In this document: positions 26,743 to 36,705 of the stretch, in pieces
How the letters are laid out: every line of letters starts with the position of its first letter
Numbering within the stretch: the stretch's first letter is position 1
The notes under the pieces: model-generated
The model's input: only the letters and a program-made list of their open reading frames with translations
The model's database searches: none
Told to the model about the DNA's origin: nothing
NCBI GenBank assembly: GCA_964406795.1
Contig: CAYOTA010000007.1
Location: 5,898-69,897 of the forward strand
Length of the DNA stretch: 64,000 nt
Source of the DNA: an uncultured Gammaproteobacteria bacterium
GTDB taxonomy: Bacteria; Patescibacteriota; Microgenomatia; Levybacterales; GWA1-39-11
Reading direction: 5' to 3'
Translations under genes and position numbers: made by a program

Positions 26743-29157
26743 ATGAAAAAATTTCTGCCCGTATTTATAAGTCTTTGTGCTTTTTTATTCCTTATTTTTT
26801 TAGTAAGTTCTCCTACCTTTGCATCAAATGGTGCGCCTACATTGGCACCCACAATCGCAGCTGGCCAGAAATTGGGTACTGATGCAACAGATAGATTTGT
26901 GCCTGATTCCAATGTTACATTCGTTGGGAAAACTGCAAGTAGAGCAGGTGATTTTTTAGACCTAACACTCAGAAATTATGACTGGGCATGTGTGACAAGA
27001 AATCCAGTAGATAATACCTGTGACAATAGAAACAATCCGCTAGCTGTATTTTGGGCCACTATCAGAAATATTATTTACGCAATTTTGGTAATCGTAGTGT
27101 TGGCCGCAGCCTTTATTATGATTGCAACTCGTGGAAGAAGTTTGACTATCACGCGCTTCATTCCCCGCTTTATACTCATAATTCTTTTAATAACATTTTC
27201 ATTTTCACTTGTTCAGTTTTTGTATCAAATTGCAGATATTATTCAGGGGTTTTTCCTGCGTACCGGAGAGGGGGCTGCTAGGCATATTATCTCAACTCGC
27301 GACCTCATATTTATAGGGTTTGATTACAAAAACTTTACAGGACTCAGGCTCCCGGGTCCGGAAAATGATGAGTCCGCATTTATGACACTTCTTTTAGTAC
27401 GACTTACCGCTGTTACTTATTACGTTATGACAGGAATTTTGATTGTGAGAAAAATTATCTTGTGGTTTTTTATAGTCTTGTCCCCAGTCTTTCCTCTTTT
27501 ATTGTTCTTTAAGATTATTAGAAATACAGCCAAAATTTGGATTGGTGAATTTTTCAGATGGCTGTTGTATGGTCCACTTTTTGCAATTTTCTTAAACGGT
27601 TTAGTTGTTTTATGGAGTAGCGGAAGTGAGACGAATCCTGGTATTCCGCTCGGGTTTACTATGGTAGGCGTAGGGGATCCAGGAAAAGTTATTTATCCAA
27701 CAGCCGTTAATATTTTGATTGGTGGACCTGGTCAAGCATTAGGTTTTAATAATTCAGTAAATACCCAAGACACATTTGCCTTGTATGTTGTAGCTCTCAT
27801 CATGTTATGGGTTGTTATGATTTTGCCGTTTATTCTGCTTAAGATTTTTCTTGACTTTGCCTCAGGATTGTCCATCCAAAACAACAGAGCATTTAAGCAG
27901 ATGTGGAATAAAGTTTCTCCCGTAACGCCTCCTCCGCCGTCTGGCCCACCACCTCCGGCAGGAGCTGGTTTGGCTATGAAAATGCCTTTTGGAGCCTCAA
28001 AAACTATTACTATGCCGGCTAGTACCTATACCAGTACAGGCTTAGCACGTGAGTTGCCGAGATCTGAAAATATTTCAAGATCAGTTCCAACGATTGCAAG
28101 AATTCCTGAAAATATGCGTATCTTACAGCAGGCAAACATAACAATTCCAAGACTAACGGATATTGCGCGTTTCGAAAAAACCATCGAAACACGTGACACA
28201 TCCAAAATTTCTGAAGTAACGCGCATGACAACTTCTCTGCAAAGAATTTCAAACCCTAGCTCAGTTTCCTCATCTGTTGAAAGAAGCAGGTATCAGCAGG
28301 TTAGAACAGAATTGGTGAAAGAACGCCAGAAGGGTAATGTGCTGGCTACATCTATTTTGAATGCAGCAAATGTTACAAACAACACAAATAATAACACTTC
28401 AAGTTCAAGAGTGGGTGGTTTGCATACTCAGTCAATTCAAAACAATTCATCCACAATAAATAATTCTCAAAGCTCAACTCTTAATAATTCACAGAGTTCT
28501 ACTGTTAATAACAGCCAGGTTTCAACAAGTATGTCAACGGGAGTTAAAAATGCATCAACAAATGTAGTAGGAGGCCAAGTTACAAGCGACGGAGTGCCAA
28601 AGACTGCGATGACAACTCCTTCCGCTGTTCATTTACCCGCAGTAAACAAAGTTCAGCAGGTAAGTATTGAGGATTATGAAGAGGTCAAGAAAATGTGGCT
28701 TGAAACATATGAAACATCCAGTCCTCCAACTGACTTAAATGGTAAAAAATCAACCCGGGATGAATGGATTACCAATGATATGAACAATATTAATCAAGCG
28801 GTGTCACTTTTGAATTCAGTGGATCCAATTAGAGTTAATGAGGGTATGAATATGGTCTCAAATATCCTTCCGTTTTTGATGGTTGGAGGATTTTCAAAAA
28901 CAGAGGTTGTTGCCTATCTTAAAGCAAAACTTGAAGCAGGAAAACAAGTAATGTCTTCCGGAACTAATAAAAAAGATGAGGATGACACGCTTCTTGACCG
29001 TAACACTCACACAACACAAGCAAGTAAGTATATGGAAGCACAACAAGCAGCTGCAATTCCAACTGATACGCCAGGCGCCCCAAGAGAAATGAGTGATGAA
29101 ATGTATAAAACTCCTACTGCTATTCAAAATAAGACTGAAGAATCAATTAAAAAATAG
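26743..29157 (+). CDS. VirB6/TrbL (TcpH-like) polytopic membrane protein with long low-complexity C-terminal tail
   Basis: Signal peptide and a Cys-containing exodomain, then 5-6 TM helices with VirB6-like spacing. The following roughly 400-aa tail is N/S/T/Q-rich with a PPPPSGPPPPAG segment. The architecture resembles Gram-positive conjugation TcpH. Confidence 0.45.
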   Translation: MKKFLPVFISLCAFLFLIFLVSSPTFASNGAPTLAPTIAAGQKLGTDATDRFVPDSNVTFVGKTASRAGDFLDLTLRNYDWACVTRNPVDNTCDNRNNPLAVFWATIRNIIYAILVIVVLAAAFIMIATRGRSLTITRFIPRFILIILLITFSFSLVQFLYQIADIIQGFFLRTGEGAARHIISTRDLIFIGFDYKNFTGLRLPGPENDESAFMTLLLVRLTAVTYYVMTGILIVRKIILWFFIVLSPVFPLLLFFKIIRNTAKIWIGEFFRWLLYGPLFAIFLNGLVVLWSSGSETNPGIPLGFTMVGVGDPGKVIYPTAVNILIGGPGQALGFNNSVNTQDTFALYVVALIMLWVVMILPFILLKIFLDFASGLSIQNNRAFKQMWNKVSPVTPPPPSGPPPPAGAGLAMKMPFGASKTITMPASTYTSTGLARELPRSENISRSVPTIARIPENMRILQQANITIPRLTDIARFEKTIETRDTSKISEVTRMTTSLQRISNPSSVSSSVERSRYQQVRTELVKERQKGNVLATSILNAANVTNNTNNNTSSSRVGGLHTQSIQNNSSTINNSQSSTLNNSQSSTVNNSQVSTSMSTGVKNASTNVVGGQVTSDGVPKTAMTTPSAVHLPAVNKVQQVSIEDYEEVKKMWLETYETSSPPTDLNGKKSTRDEWITNDMNNINQAVSLLNSVDPIRVNEGMNMVSNILPFLMVGGFSKTEVVAYLKAKLEAGKQVMSSGTNKKDEDDTLLDRNTHTTQASKYMEAQQAAAIPTDTPGAPREMSDEMYKTPTAIQNKTEESIKK

Positions 29158-29174
29158 ACATACTATCTTTCGTC

Positions 29175-29203
29175 TTGATTAGGTTTTAAAAGTTGCATAC
29201 AAT
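29175..29203 (+). promoter_or_regulatory. Sigma70-like promoter for the clpC-like gene, probably giving a leaderless mRNA
   Basis: TTGATT (29175-80), 17 nt, TACAAT (29198-203), and the ATG at 29210 is 7 nt after the -10. Confidence 0.35.
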
Positions 29204-29209
29204 AAATAT

Positions 29210-31927
29210 ATGTTCGGAAATTTATTTACTCCAAAAAAAGACGATGTGTTAAATGGTTTACCTCAAGATGCGCCTGTAGTGTCTACTGAATCACAAGAGA
29301 CTATGAGTATGGGGCAGCAGTCGGGTATATCCAGCTCAGATCAGGACATGAATGCCGGAGGAATAGATCCCCAAAAAAGGCAAAGTATGTCAGCTCTTTC
29401 CAAACTTGATCCTCGATCTTTGCAGGTTTTGCACCATGCTGAGCAAGAAACTAAACGCGTTCAAGCCTCTCAAATTGGCTCTGAACAGCTGCTTTTAGGA
29501 ATGTTTTATGACGGTGAGATTTTTCAACTTCTAGAAAGTTTCCAAGTGGATGTGGCAAAGCTGACACAGCAAATTCAAAGCAAAGAAAAACCTGGCGGAT
29601 TTACCGGACAGCCCACCATGAGTACTGCCGTAATTCAGATATTTGATGAGGGTTACAAAAGTGCAAAAAAAAGAGGCGCTTCCTTTGTCTCCCCGGAAGA
29701 TATATTGGTTGGATTCTTTGCGGATCCCGCAACAACCTCATTTTTAAAAGCATTTGGAATTGAAAAAGGAAAACTGGATGATAAACTTTCCAAAACAACT
29801 TCTTTTGCCCAATCATCTAGAAAATCAGTGTTGGAAAAATATGGAATTGATCTGACTCAGGAGGCAAAAGATGGAAAGCTTGACCCAGTTGTAGGCCGAG
29901 ACAAAGAAACAGAGCGTTTAATTCACATTTTATTAAGACGCACAAAAAATAACCCTATTATTATAGGTGAAGCTGGAGTTGGAAAAACGGCTATTGTTGA
30001 GGCACTTGCACAAAAAATAGTAGAAGGATCAGTTCCTCATGATCTACTAGACAAAAGAATTATTCAGCTTGAATTGTCATCCCTTGTGGCAGGTGCGTCT
30101 CACAGAGGTGAGTTTGAGGAGCGACTTCAGGATGTAATTCATGAAACCCAGGCTTCAAATGGGAAAATTATTTTGTTTATAGACGAGATACACACGCTCA
30201 TTGGCGCTGGAGACACGGGCGGAGCACTTGACGCGTCCAATATCATAAAGCCATATTTGGCCCGTGGACAGCTGCAACTTATCGGAACTACCACTACGGC
30301 CGAATACAGAAAGCATTTTGAAAAAGATAAGGCATTTGAAAGACGTTTCCAGTCAGTGTTAGTAGATGAACCTGAAGAAGAAGTAGCGCAGCAAATGTTG
30401 GACGTACTGCGTCCTAAATATGAAAAATTTCACTCTGTAGTTATAACCCCAGAAGCAATTGAGGCAGCAGTTCATTTGTCAAAAAAATATATTGGTGAGC
30501 GCTATCTTCCGGATAAGGGAGTTGACCTATTGGATGAGGCTGCCGCTGAGGTAAAACTTCAGCACACTGAGGGCAAGCGTGCAGATAATAATGTGGTGAA
30601 AGCTGACATTGAAAAAGTGGTTGCAGCTTGGACCGGAATTCCTATAACCAGACTTACTGAAGATGAAAGTCAAAAACTAATTCATTTGGAAGACACAATT
30701 CACAAGCGCTTTATAGATCAAGAAGAAGCTGTAGGATCAGTATCTGAGGCTGTAAGACGCGGAAGAATTGGACTCTCGGCCGCCAACAGACCCATTGCGT
30801 CATTTATTTTCCTAGGCCCTACGGGTGTAGGTAAAACAGAGTTAGCTAAAACGCTTGCTGAAATTTTATTTGGCCGCGATGACTTACTGGTCAGACTTGA
30901 TATGTCTGAATATATGGAAAAGCATGAGGTAGCAAAGCTTATAGGTGCACCTCCTGGGTATGTAGGATATGAGGAGGGTGGACAGTTAACGGAGGCGGTA
31001 CGTGCAAAACCCTATTCTATTGTGTTGCTGGATGAAATTGAAAAAGCTCATCCTGATGTGTTTAATATTCTTTTGCAGCTTTTGGAAGATGGTCGCTTAA
31101 CTGACAATAAAGGAAACACAATTTCATTTAAGAACACTATCATAATTGCGACTTCAAACATTGGAAGCTCAGTTATTCAGCAGACATTATTAACACAAGC
31201 ATCCAACGGAACGCAAGTAGTATCCCCGGAAGAAGAAGCTAAAAAGTATTCTGAACTGTCAGCAACCCTTATGGAAGAGTTGAGAAAATTCTTTAAACCG
31301 GAGCTGTTAAATCGTTTTGATGACATAGTTATGTTTAAACCCTTACGAATGCGCGATATGGCCCAAATTGCAAAATTGGGAATAGGAAAAACACAAAAAT
31401 TACTGGAAGAGCAAAAAATCCATTTGGAAATAACAGAGAAAGCAATTGGAATATTGGCAAAAGAAGGATACGATCCAGTTTATGGTGCGCGACCTTTAAG
31501 ACGCCTTGTCCAGACCGCAATTGAAAATCCCATTGCAGTTCTATTAATCAACAAAACATTTGTGCCGGGGGATATTATTAAAATCGATTATGATGATGCA
31601 AAGTCTGAGTTTACCTTTACAAAAGGTGTACCTGCGGTTGCAGGGCCTCAACCATCTATATCTGAGACAGCACAAAATCCAGTTGTTCAGCCTCAATACG
31701 TGAATCAAGCACCTCAAGCTTCAGGTGTGTCAGCTAATCCATCAGGTATTGCCCAACCGCAACAGACTCAGCCCATGAATGCTATGCCTCAGCAGCCAGT
31801 AGATGATCCAAATGCAGGAATTTTGTCACAGATTGCGCAGGAACACACAGTAACACCTATACCATCAGCACCAAATGGTACTGCTCCTCAGCCTGGAGTT
31901 GGCGGAACCATGATGCAACCCGCATAA
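29210..31927 (+). CDS. clpC: ClpC-like class-I AAA+ unfoldase (Clp_N, D1, short linker, D2) with disordered N- and Q/P-rich C-terminal extensions
   Basis: Two Clp_N repeats; D1 Walker [10 protein letters not shown] and Walker B ILFIDEIH; D2 [12 protein letters not shown] and LLDEIEKAH; GAR sensor-2. There is no long ClpB M-domain. No [LIV]G[FL] tripeptide occurs at the ClpP-loop position ([22 protein letters not shown]). Confidence 0.85.
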   Translation: MFGNLFTPKKDDVLNGLPQDAPVVSTESQETMSMGQQSGISSSDQDMNAGGIDPQKRQSMSALSKLDPRSLQVLHHAEQETKRVQASQIGSEQLLLGMFYDGEIFQLLESFQVDVAKLTQQIQSKEKPGGFTGQPTMSTAVIQIFDEGYKSAKKRGASFVSPEDILVGFFADPATTSFLKAFGIEKGKLDDKLSKTTSFAQSSRKSVLEKYGIDLTQEAKDGKLDPVVGRDKETERLIHILLRRTKNNPIIIGEAGVGKTAIVEALAQKIVEGSVPHDLLDKRIIQLELSSLVAGASHRGEFEERLQDVIHETQASNGKIILFIDEIHTLIGAGDTGGALDASNIIKPYLARGQLQLIGTTTTAEYRKHFEKDKAFERRFQSVLVDEPEEEVAQQMLDVLRPKYEKFHSVVITPEAIEAAVHLSKKYIGERYLPDKGVDLLDEAAAEVKLQHTEGKRADNNVVKADIEKVVAAWTGIPITRLTEDESQKLIHLEDTIHKRFIDQEEAVGSVSEAVRRGRIGLSAANRPIASFIFLGPTGVGKTELAKTLAEILFGRDDLLVRLDMSEYMEKHEVAKLIGAPPGYVGYEEGGQLTEAVRAKPYSIVLLDEIEKAHPDVFNILLQLLEDGRLTDNKGNTISFKNTIIIATSNIGSSVIQQTLLTQASNGTQVVSPEEEAKKYSELSATLMEELRKFFKPELLNRFDDIVMFKPLRMRDMAQIAKLGIGKTQKLLEEQKIHLEITEKAIGILAKEGYDPVYGARPLRRLVQTAIENPIAVLLINKTFVPGDIIKIDYDDAKSEFTFTKGVPAVAGPQPSISETAQNPVVQPQYVNQAPQASGVSANPSGIAQPQQTQPMNAMPQQPVDDPNAGILSQIAQEHTVTPIPSAPNGTAPQPGVGGTMMQPA

Positions 31928-31949
31928 GTATTCCTTATAATAAGGAGGT

Positions 31950-33881
31950 ATGTGGAAAGAAAAGATTTTACCGTTTCTTAAAAAATATTACCCTTTTTTA
32001 CTCCTTATTCCCCTTGTAATACTCGCATTGTTTTTTGTTCTTAGAGTGTTTGCACGTGACATAGTGGTAAATCCTGGGGGAAATCCGTTTCCCAAAGGCT
32101 CCGAGTATTCAAATGACCAAATAATTGTGAAGTATAGAAAAGGACAGTCACCTGAAGAACTTAAAAAAGATGGAAGACTGGAACAGGAAAAGTCACTTGC
32201 AGATACGCTAGTAGCATTAGGTGTGGAGTCTCAGCAAAAACTATTTACCTCAGTGGATGATTTTTTGAAAAACTATTATTTACTGTACTTAAAGCAGGGA
32301 ACAAACATTCAAGATTTATATAAGAAATTGTCAGATGTTCCTGAGATAGACTCTATAACACCTGACTATATTTTAAAAACTGATAAGCCTGATAAGGAAA
32401 CAACTAATGTACCCAGTGTGCAGTCACCACCCATCAGTGATGAAGAACCAAACGACCCGTATTTTGTGGACGGGCAGCAATGGGATATGAATTCTATAGA
32501 TATGAAAAAAGCGTGGAATATAAAAAGAGCTGGAGCTGAAACTGTAGTAGCTGTGATCGACACAGGCGTTGATTATAATCATCCTGATTTGGTGGGGAAG
32601 GTAATAAAGGGAAAAAATTATATTAATAACACAGATGATCCAATGGATGATCATGGGCATGGAACTCATGTAGCAGGGACTATAGGCGCAATTACAAATA
32701 ACGGAATTGGTATTAGCAGCGTTTCATGGGGAGCCAAAATATTAGCAATTAAAGCGTGCGATAATAATGGGGATTGTATAACATCAAACGTAGTAAGAGG
32801 CATATCATACGCTTTAAGCCAAGGTGTTAAAGTTATTAATATTAGTATTGCGGGGGTTGGGTCATGTACACGCGAAAACTTTTTTGGGGGGGACCGTGTG
32901 TATGAAGACGTTATAAAAGAGGCAAATAGTAAGGGCGCAATTATGATAGTTGCTGCCGGAAATAATAACCAAGATGCGAAAAACGAAGTTCCTGGTGCAT
33001 GTGAAGGTGTTGTAGCGGTTGGAGCCACCAACCAATCAAATGAAAGGTGGGTAAGTAGTGACTCTACGGGATCTAATTTTGGAGACAAAATTGATTTATC
33101 GGCACCTGGGTCGCCCATTCTTTCAACAAGTGTCCAAAATGGGTACAGCATAAGAAATGGTACGTCTATGGCAGCTCCTCATGTTTCCGGTGTGGCTGCT
33201 TTATTATTATCATTTAATAAAAATTTGTCATCCAGTGAACTTAAAAAATGTATAGTTGAAAGTGCTGGAAAGATAGAATCTGACCGCTACATTGGTGGGC
33301 TTTTAAATGCGTACAATGCGCTTATGAGGTGTGGTGCAAGTAATCCTCAAAGTATATCTGCGCTAACACCCACATCTATCCCCTCAATTCTTCCAACCGC
33401 GCCAGACGAGATTATTGGAGGTAACAATATAGATAATTATTCTATCTCAGGCACTATATTTATAGATCAGAATAATAATGGTTTGTTTGACAGTTCTGAA
33501 AAAACTCTGGGTGGAGTGCAGGTACTAGTCTCCCCCACAGACCCTTCAACCAGTATACTTGCCAATCCGCGTGGATTTTATTTTTTTAATGACTTAGGCA
33601 GGCCGGATGATTATTTAGTGTCATTAGTAATTCCAGGAGTAAGCGCAGTTAATCTTCCCACCAGAACTGTTACGTTAAGTAACACAATTAAATCAGCACG
33701 TATAAATATTCCTGTATCTCCCTTGGCACTTCCCTCCCCTTCCCCGAGGCCTACAAATATGGCTCAAAATGGTGCTCCTTCTCCTACCTCATCTCAAAAT
33801 GTACCGCAAGGTTGCTACTATGATCCTGGATGTTTTAGTAGTAATCAGTCGGTTCAGGCATGCTCTTTTACGTGTGACTGA
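31950..33881 (+). CDS. Membrane-anchored subtilisin-like (S8) serine protease with C-terminal SdrD-B/CnaB-like domain and Cys-rich tail
   Basis: Catalytic triad motifs AVIDTGVDYNHPDL, HGHGTHVAGT and GTSMAAPHVSG. N-terminal TM plus propeptide. C-terminal ...GTIFIDQNNNGLFDSSEKTLGGVQV... B-type fold and a CYYDPGCFSSNQSVQACSFTCD tail. Confidence 0.85.
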   Translation: MWKEKILPFLKKYYPFLLLIPLVILALFFVLRVFARDIVVNPGGNPFPKGSEYSNDQIIVKYRKGQSPEELKKDGRLEQEKSLADTLVALGVESQQKLFTSVDDFLKNYYLLYLKQGTNIQDLYKKLSDVPEIDSITPDYILKTDKPDKETTNVPSVQSPPISDEEPNDPYFVDGQQWDMNSIDMKKAWNIKRAGAETVVAVIDTGVDYNHPDLVGKVIKGKNYINNTDDPMDDHGHGTHVAGTIGAITNNGIGISSVSWGAKILAIKACDNNGDCITSNVVRGISYALSQGVKVINISIAGVGSCTRENFFGGDRVYEDVIKEANSKGAIMIVAAGNNNQDAKNEVPGACEGVVAVGATNQSNERWVSSDSTGSNFGDKIDLSAPGSPILSTSVQNGYSIRNGTSMAAPHVSGVAALLLSFNKNLSSSELKKCIVESAGKIESDRYIGGLLNAYNALMRCGASNPQSISALTPTSIPSILPTAPDEIIGGNNIDNYSISGTIFIDQNNNGLFDSSEKTLGGVQVLVSPTDPSTSILANPRGFYFFNDLGRPDDYLVSLVIPGVSAVNLPTRTVTLSNTIKSARINIPVSPLALPSPSPRPTNMAQNGAPSPTSSQNVPQGCYYDPGCFSSNQSVQACSFTCD

Positions 33882-33887
33882 TAAAAC

Positions 33888-35417
33888 ATGCATAGATTAG
33901 GTAAAAAATATTTATTCCTTAAAGATCGAAAAGCGTTTATTTTAATTAGCGTGTTTTTGTTTTTAGGTATAGTTGTCTCTACGCTTTTCTTAAGTGCAAA
34001 ACATAGTACTAATGAGCAGGGTACAGCAGATGTTAAAAGTGGAACATGGGAAATAACAGTTGCATATAAAACAGAAACAAAAAAATTAGAACTTAAAAAA
34101 CTGCAGCTGCTATCTGAAAAAATTAATTCTGACAGCCGTACTGCATTATTTTCACCGTATACACTTTCTGTGATTGGAAAAAGTAACACAGTGCTTTATT
34201 CATCTCCGGTATTTATTGCAACAGAATACATATTTAGCATTTATGCCGGCTCGCGGGAATCACCAGGATTTAGCAGTTTTTCACAAGATGTTCCGCCAGT
34301 ACTTCCCAGGCCCCCAGCTGAGTTGGAGACTGTGTTATACGCGCCTTTAATTGCAGATTCATCTGAAATGGTAATTAAAAATGACGGAAAACAAGAATTA
34401 TCTATAAATTTGCCGGGTATAACAGGAATCTCTCAAAGCTCAAAAATTGCTCAGTCAGTATGCGGACCTTTACAGGTAGTGTTTATGAGTGACGGTTATA
34501 CTGATTTTCAAAAATTTCATCAAGATGTTGAGAGATTGAAGCAGACATTCTTATCAGCAGATCCGTATACTAAGAAACCAAATATGTTTGACTTCAAGAC
34601 AGTGGATAACGCACAAAGTCTTGGTTGCATGCAGAGCCTTGGATGTATTCGTAACCCAGATGTTCCCCGTATTGGTCGGCAAGCGTTTCCTCAGGCATCA
34701 AAATTTATAGTTATTGCAGATATTTCATATAATAATCCACCTCAGGGAGCCGCACTGGGAGTTATAAATGGGATAGGGGGGAATGTTATGGCTTTTCCAA
34801 GAAGTGCATATGTGCAGGGTCGCGAACTTGTAAATGAGATAGCAGTGCATGAATTTTTGGGTCATGGGGTTGGATTTTTGTACGATAGATACGTAGTAAA
34901 AAACAACACTCAGAGTGTAAAACGTAACTGTTCCAATAATCCAGCTGGGGAGTCGTTTTGGTCAGCGGCAGGTGTAACCCAAACTTACCCTGGGTGCTTT
35001 GCTGAGTCAAGATTTGCGCCAACCCCAAATGACTGTACGACCCCGGGACATCCAACACTCGTAAGTGGTGGTTCATTAAGTTCAGTTATGAGCGCAGGGG
35101 GATGTGGAGCAACACAATTTGATACCGTTGAAAAATATTGGATTGAAAACTATATTTTTCCAAAATATTCTAGCTGTAGTGATCCCACTACCACACTACG
35201 TCCTACGATGACAAACAGTCCAAGTGTTTCTCCAACTGGAGTTGTGGTGTGTAATCCGGACGGTGTAGGAGGGATTGATTTTGCTGATTTGCGCCTGGCA
35301 AGGCGTGAAATTGCTGGCATAGCTTCTACCTCACACGCCGCATGTATGACTGGTGGGCAGAGCACAGTATTTGCTGATTTGCGCAAAATACGGCGTATAA
35401 TTGCTGGTTTGGAATAG
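33888..35417 (+). CDS. Secreted zincin-like metallopeptidase candidate (M64/IgA-peptidase-like motif) with C-terminal dockerin-like repeats
   Basis: N-terminal [18 protein letters not shown] resembles the M64 HEFGHsfggLaDEY motif but with one extra residue (HExxxH). The C-terminus [23 protein letters not shown] ... [13 protein letters not shown] looks like a dockerin loop-helix duplication. Confidence 0.45.
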   Translation: MHRLGKKYLFLKDRKAFILISVFLFLGIVVSTLFLSAKHSTNEQGTADVKSGTWEITVAYKTETKKLELKKLQLLSEKINSDSRTALFSPYTLSVIGKSNTVLYSSPVFIATEYIFSIYAGSRESPGFSSFSQDVPPVLPRPPAELETVLYAPLIADSSEMVIKNDGKQELSINLPGITGISQSSKIAQSVCGPLQVVFMSDGYTDFQKFHQDVERLKQTFLSADPYTKKPNMFDFKTVDNAQSLGCMQSLGCIRNPDVPRIGRQAFPQASKFIVIADISYNNPPQGAALGVINGIGGNVMAFPRSAYVQGRELVNEIAVHEFLGHGVGFLYDRYVVKNNTQSVKRNCSNNPAGESFWSAAGVTQTYPGCFAESRFAPTPNDCTTPGHPTLVSGGSLSSVMSAGGCGATQFDTVEKYWIENYIFPKYSSCSDPTTTLRPTMTNSPSVSPTGVVVCNPDGVGGIDFADLRLARREIAGIASTSHAACMTGGQSTVFADLRKIRRIIAGLE

Positions 35418-35464
35418 TAATTTTCCGCCCCATTTTTAAGGCTAAATTTGATAAAATATACAGT

Positions 35465-36331
35465 ATGGCAGCAAAAAAAGATTTTTATGAGACATTGGGT
35501 GTTTCAAAATCCTCAACTCCAGAAGAATTAAAACGAGCCTACAGAAAATTAGCGCTGGAGTATCATCCTGATAAAAATAAAACAAAAGAGGCTGAAGAGA
35601 AGTTTAAAGAAATAAACCAGGCATATGAAGTATTATCTGATCCTCAAAAGCGTACCACATATGATCAAGTTGGTCATGCTGGGTTTGAGGGAGGAGCAGG
35701 GGCTGGCGGCCCATTTGGCGGCCAGGGTGGGCAATATGGTCCATTTACTTACTCGTATTCGAATGGTGGAAACGCGTCCGGATTTGATTTTGGCCAGGGT
35801 GGTGCTGATCCATTTGAAATATTTGAGCAATTCTTTGGGGGTGGATTTGCCAAAAGAAAACCAAGATACAGTATTGCGATAGATTTTCTTGAAGCAGTCA
35901 AAGGGGTTACAAAAAATGTTTCAATTGACGGAAAACCACAAAACATAAAAATTCCGGCAGGAGTGGATAACGGCTCAAGGATACAATTTCCTGAGTATGA
36001 GGTTGTTGTGTCAGTAAGATCCAATAGTAAGTTTCACCGCGAGGGAAATGACATTTTAACTGAAAAGCAAATTTCATTGTCTCTCGCAATTTTAGGGGGT
36101 ACAGTAGATGTTGAGACTGTGCATGATACGGTAAAACTTAAAGTATCAGCTGGTACTCAGCCTGATTCGCTCATTCGTATCAAAGGAAAAGGCGTACCGC
36201 GCGTAAGAGGGGGTGGAAGCGGGGATCATTTTGTGCGAATTAAAGTTGTGATTCCTGCAAAAATTTCAGGAAGACAAAAAGAACTAATTGAAGAATTTGA
36301 TAAAGAAAGCAAAAAACGCACCTGGTTTTAA
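35465..36331 (+). CDS. dnaJ: J-domain co-chaperone, class B (DnaJ/CbpA-like, no zinc-finger domain)
   Basis: J-domain with HPD (YHPDKNK), a G/F-rich region and CTD I/II. The CxxCxGxG repeats are absent. Confidence 0.8.
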   Translation: MAAKKDFYETLGVSKSSTPEELKRAYRKLALEYHPDKNKTKEAEEKFKEINQAYEVLSDPQKRTTYDQVGHAGFEGGAGAGGPFGGQGGQYGPFTYSYSNGGNASGFDFGQGGADPFEIFEQFFGGGFAKRKPRYSIAIDFLEAVKGVTKNVSIDGKPQNIKIPAGVDNGSRIQFPEYEVVVSVRSNSKFHREGNDILTEKQISLSLAILGGTVDVETVHDTVKLKVSAGTQPDSLIRIKGKGVPRVRGGGSGDHFVRIKVVIPAKISGRQKELIEEFDKESKKRTWF

Positions 36332-36378
36332 TCTTCTAAGCTTGATTTACGCGTCACCTCCCTCTACACTATATCTAT

Positions 36379-36705
36379 ATGGGTATTCTGCTCTATCCCT
36401 TTGTAGTGCTTTTATTTTGGTATAAAGATGGTCTCTTGTCTATCTTTTCATTTTTCGGATCACTTAATGATTATTCTCTAAGGCTATTCTCACTTCCCGG
36501 TCTTTTTGCCACATACTTCAGGCCGCTTAAAAACGAATACAGAAAAAACCTTATTTTGTTTTCAATTCTATTTGGAATGGTTGTTAAAACATTTCTTATC
36601 ATAGGTTCATTGACTATTTTTTCCATAATTTTACTGTGTGAACTAATCGTCATTAGCATATATTTAATTTTCCCGCTTTTGCCAATTATTTTATTTTTAG
36701 GATGA
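36379..36705 (+). CDS. Small 3-TM membrane protein, translationally coupled to the downstream membrane ClpC paralog
   Basis: 108 aa and hydrophobic, with an ATGA stop/start overlap with 36702. Confidence 0.4.
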   Translation: MGILLYPFVVLLFWYKDGLLSIFSFFGSLNDYSLRLFSLPGLFATYFRPLKNEYRKNLILFSILFGMVVKTFLIIGSLTIFSIILLCELIVISIYLIFPLLPIILFLG

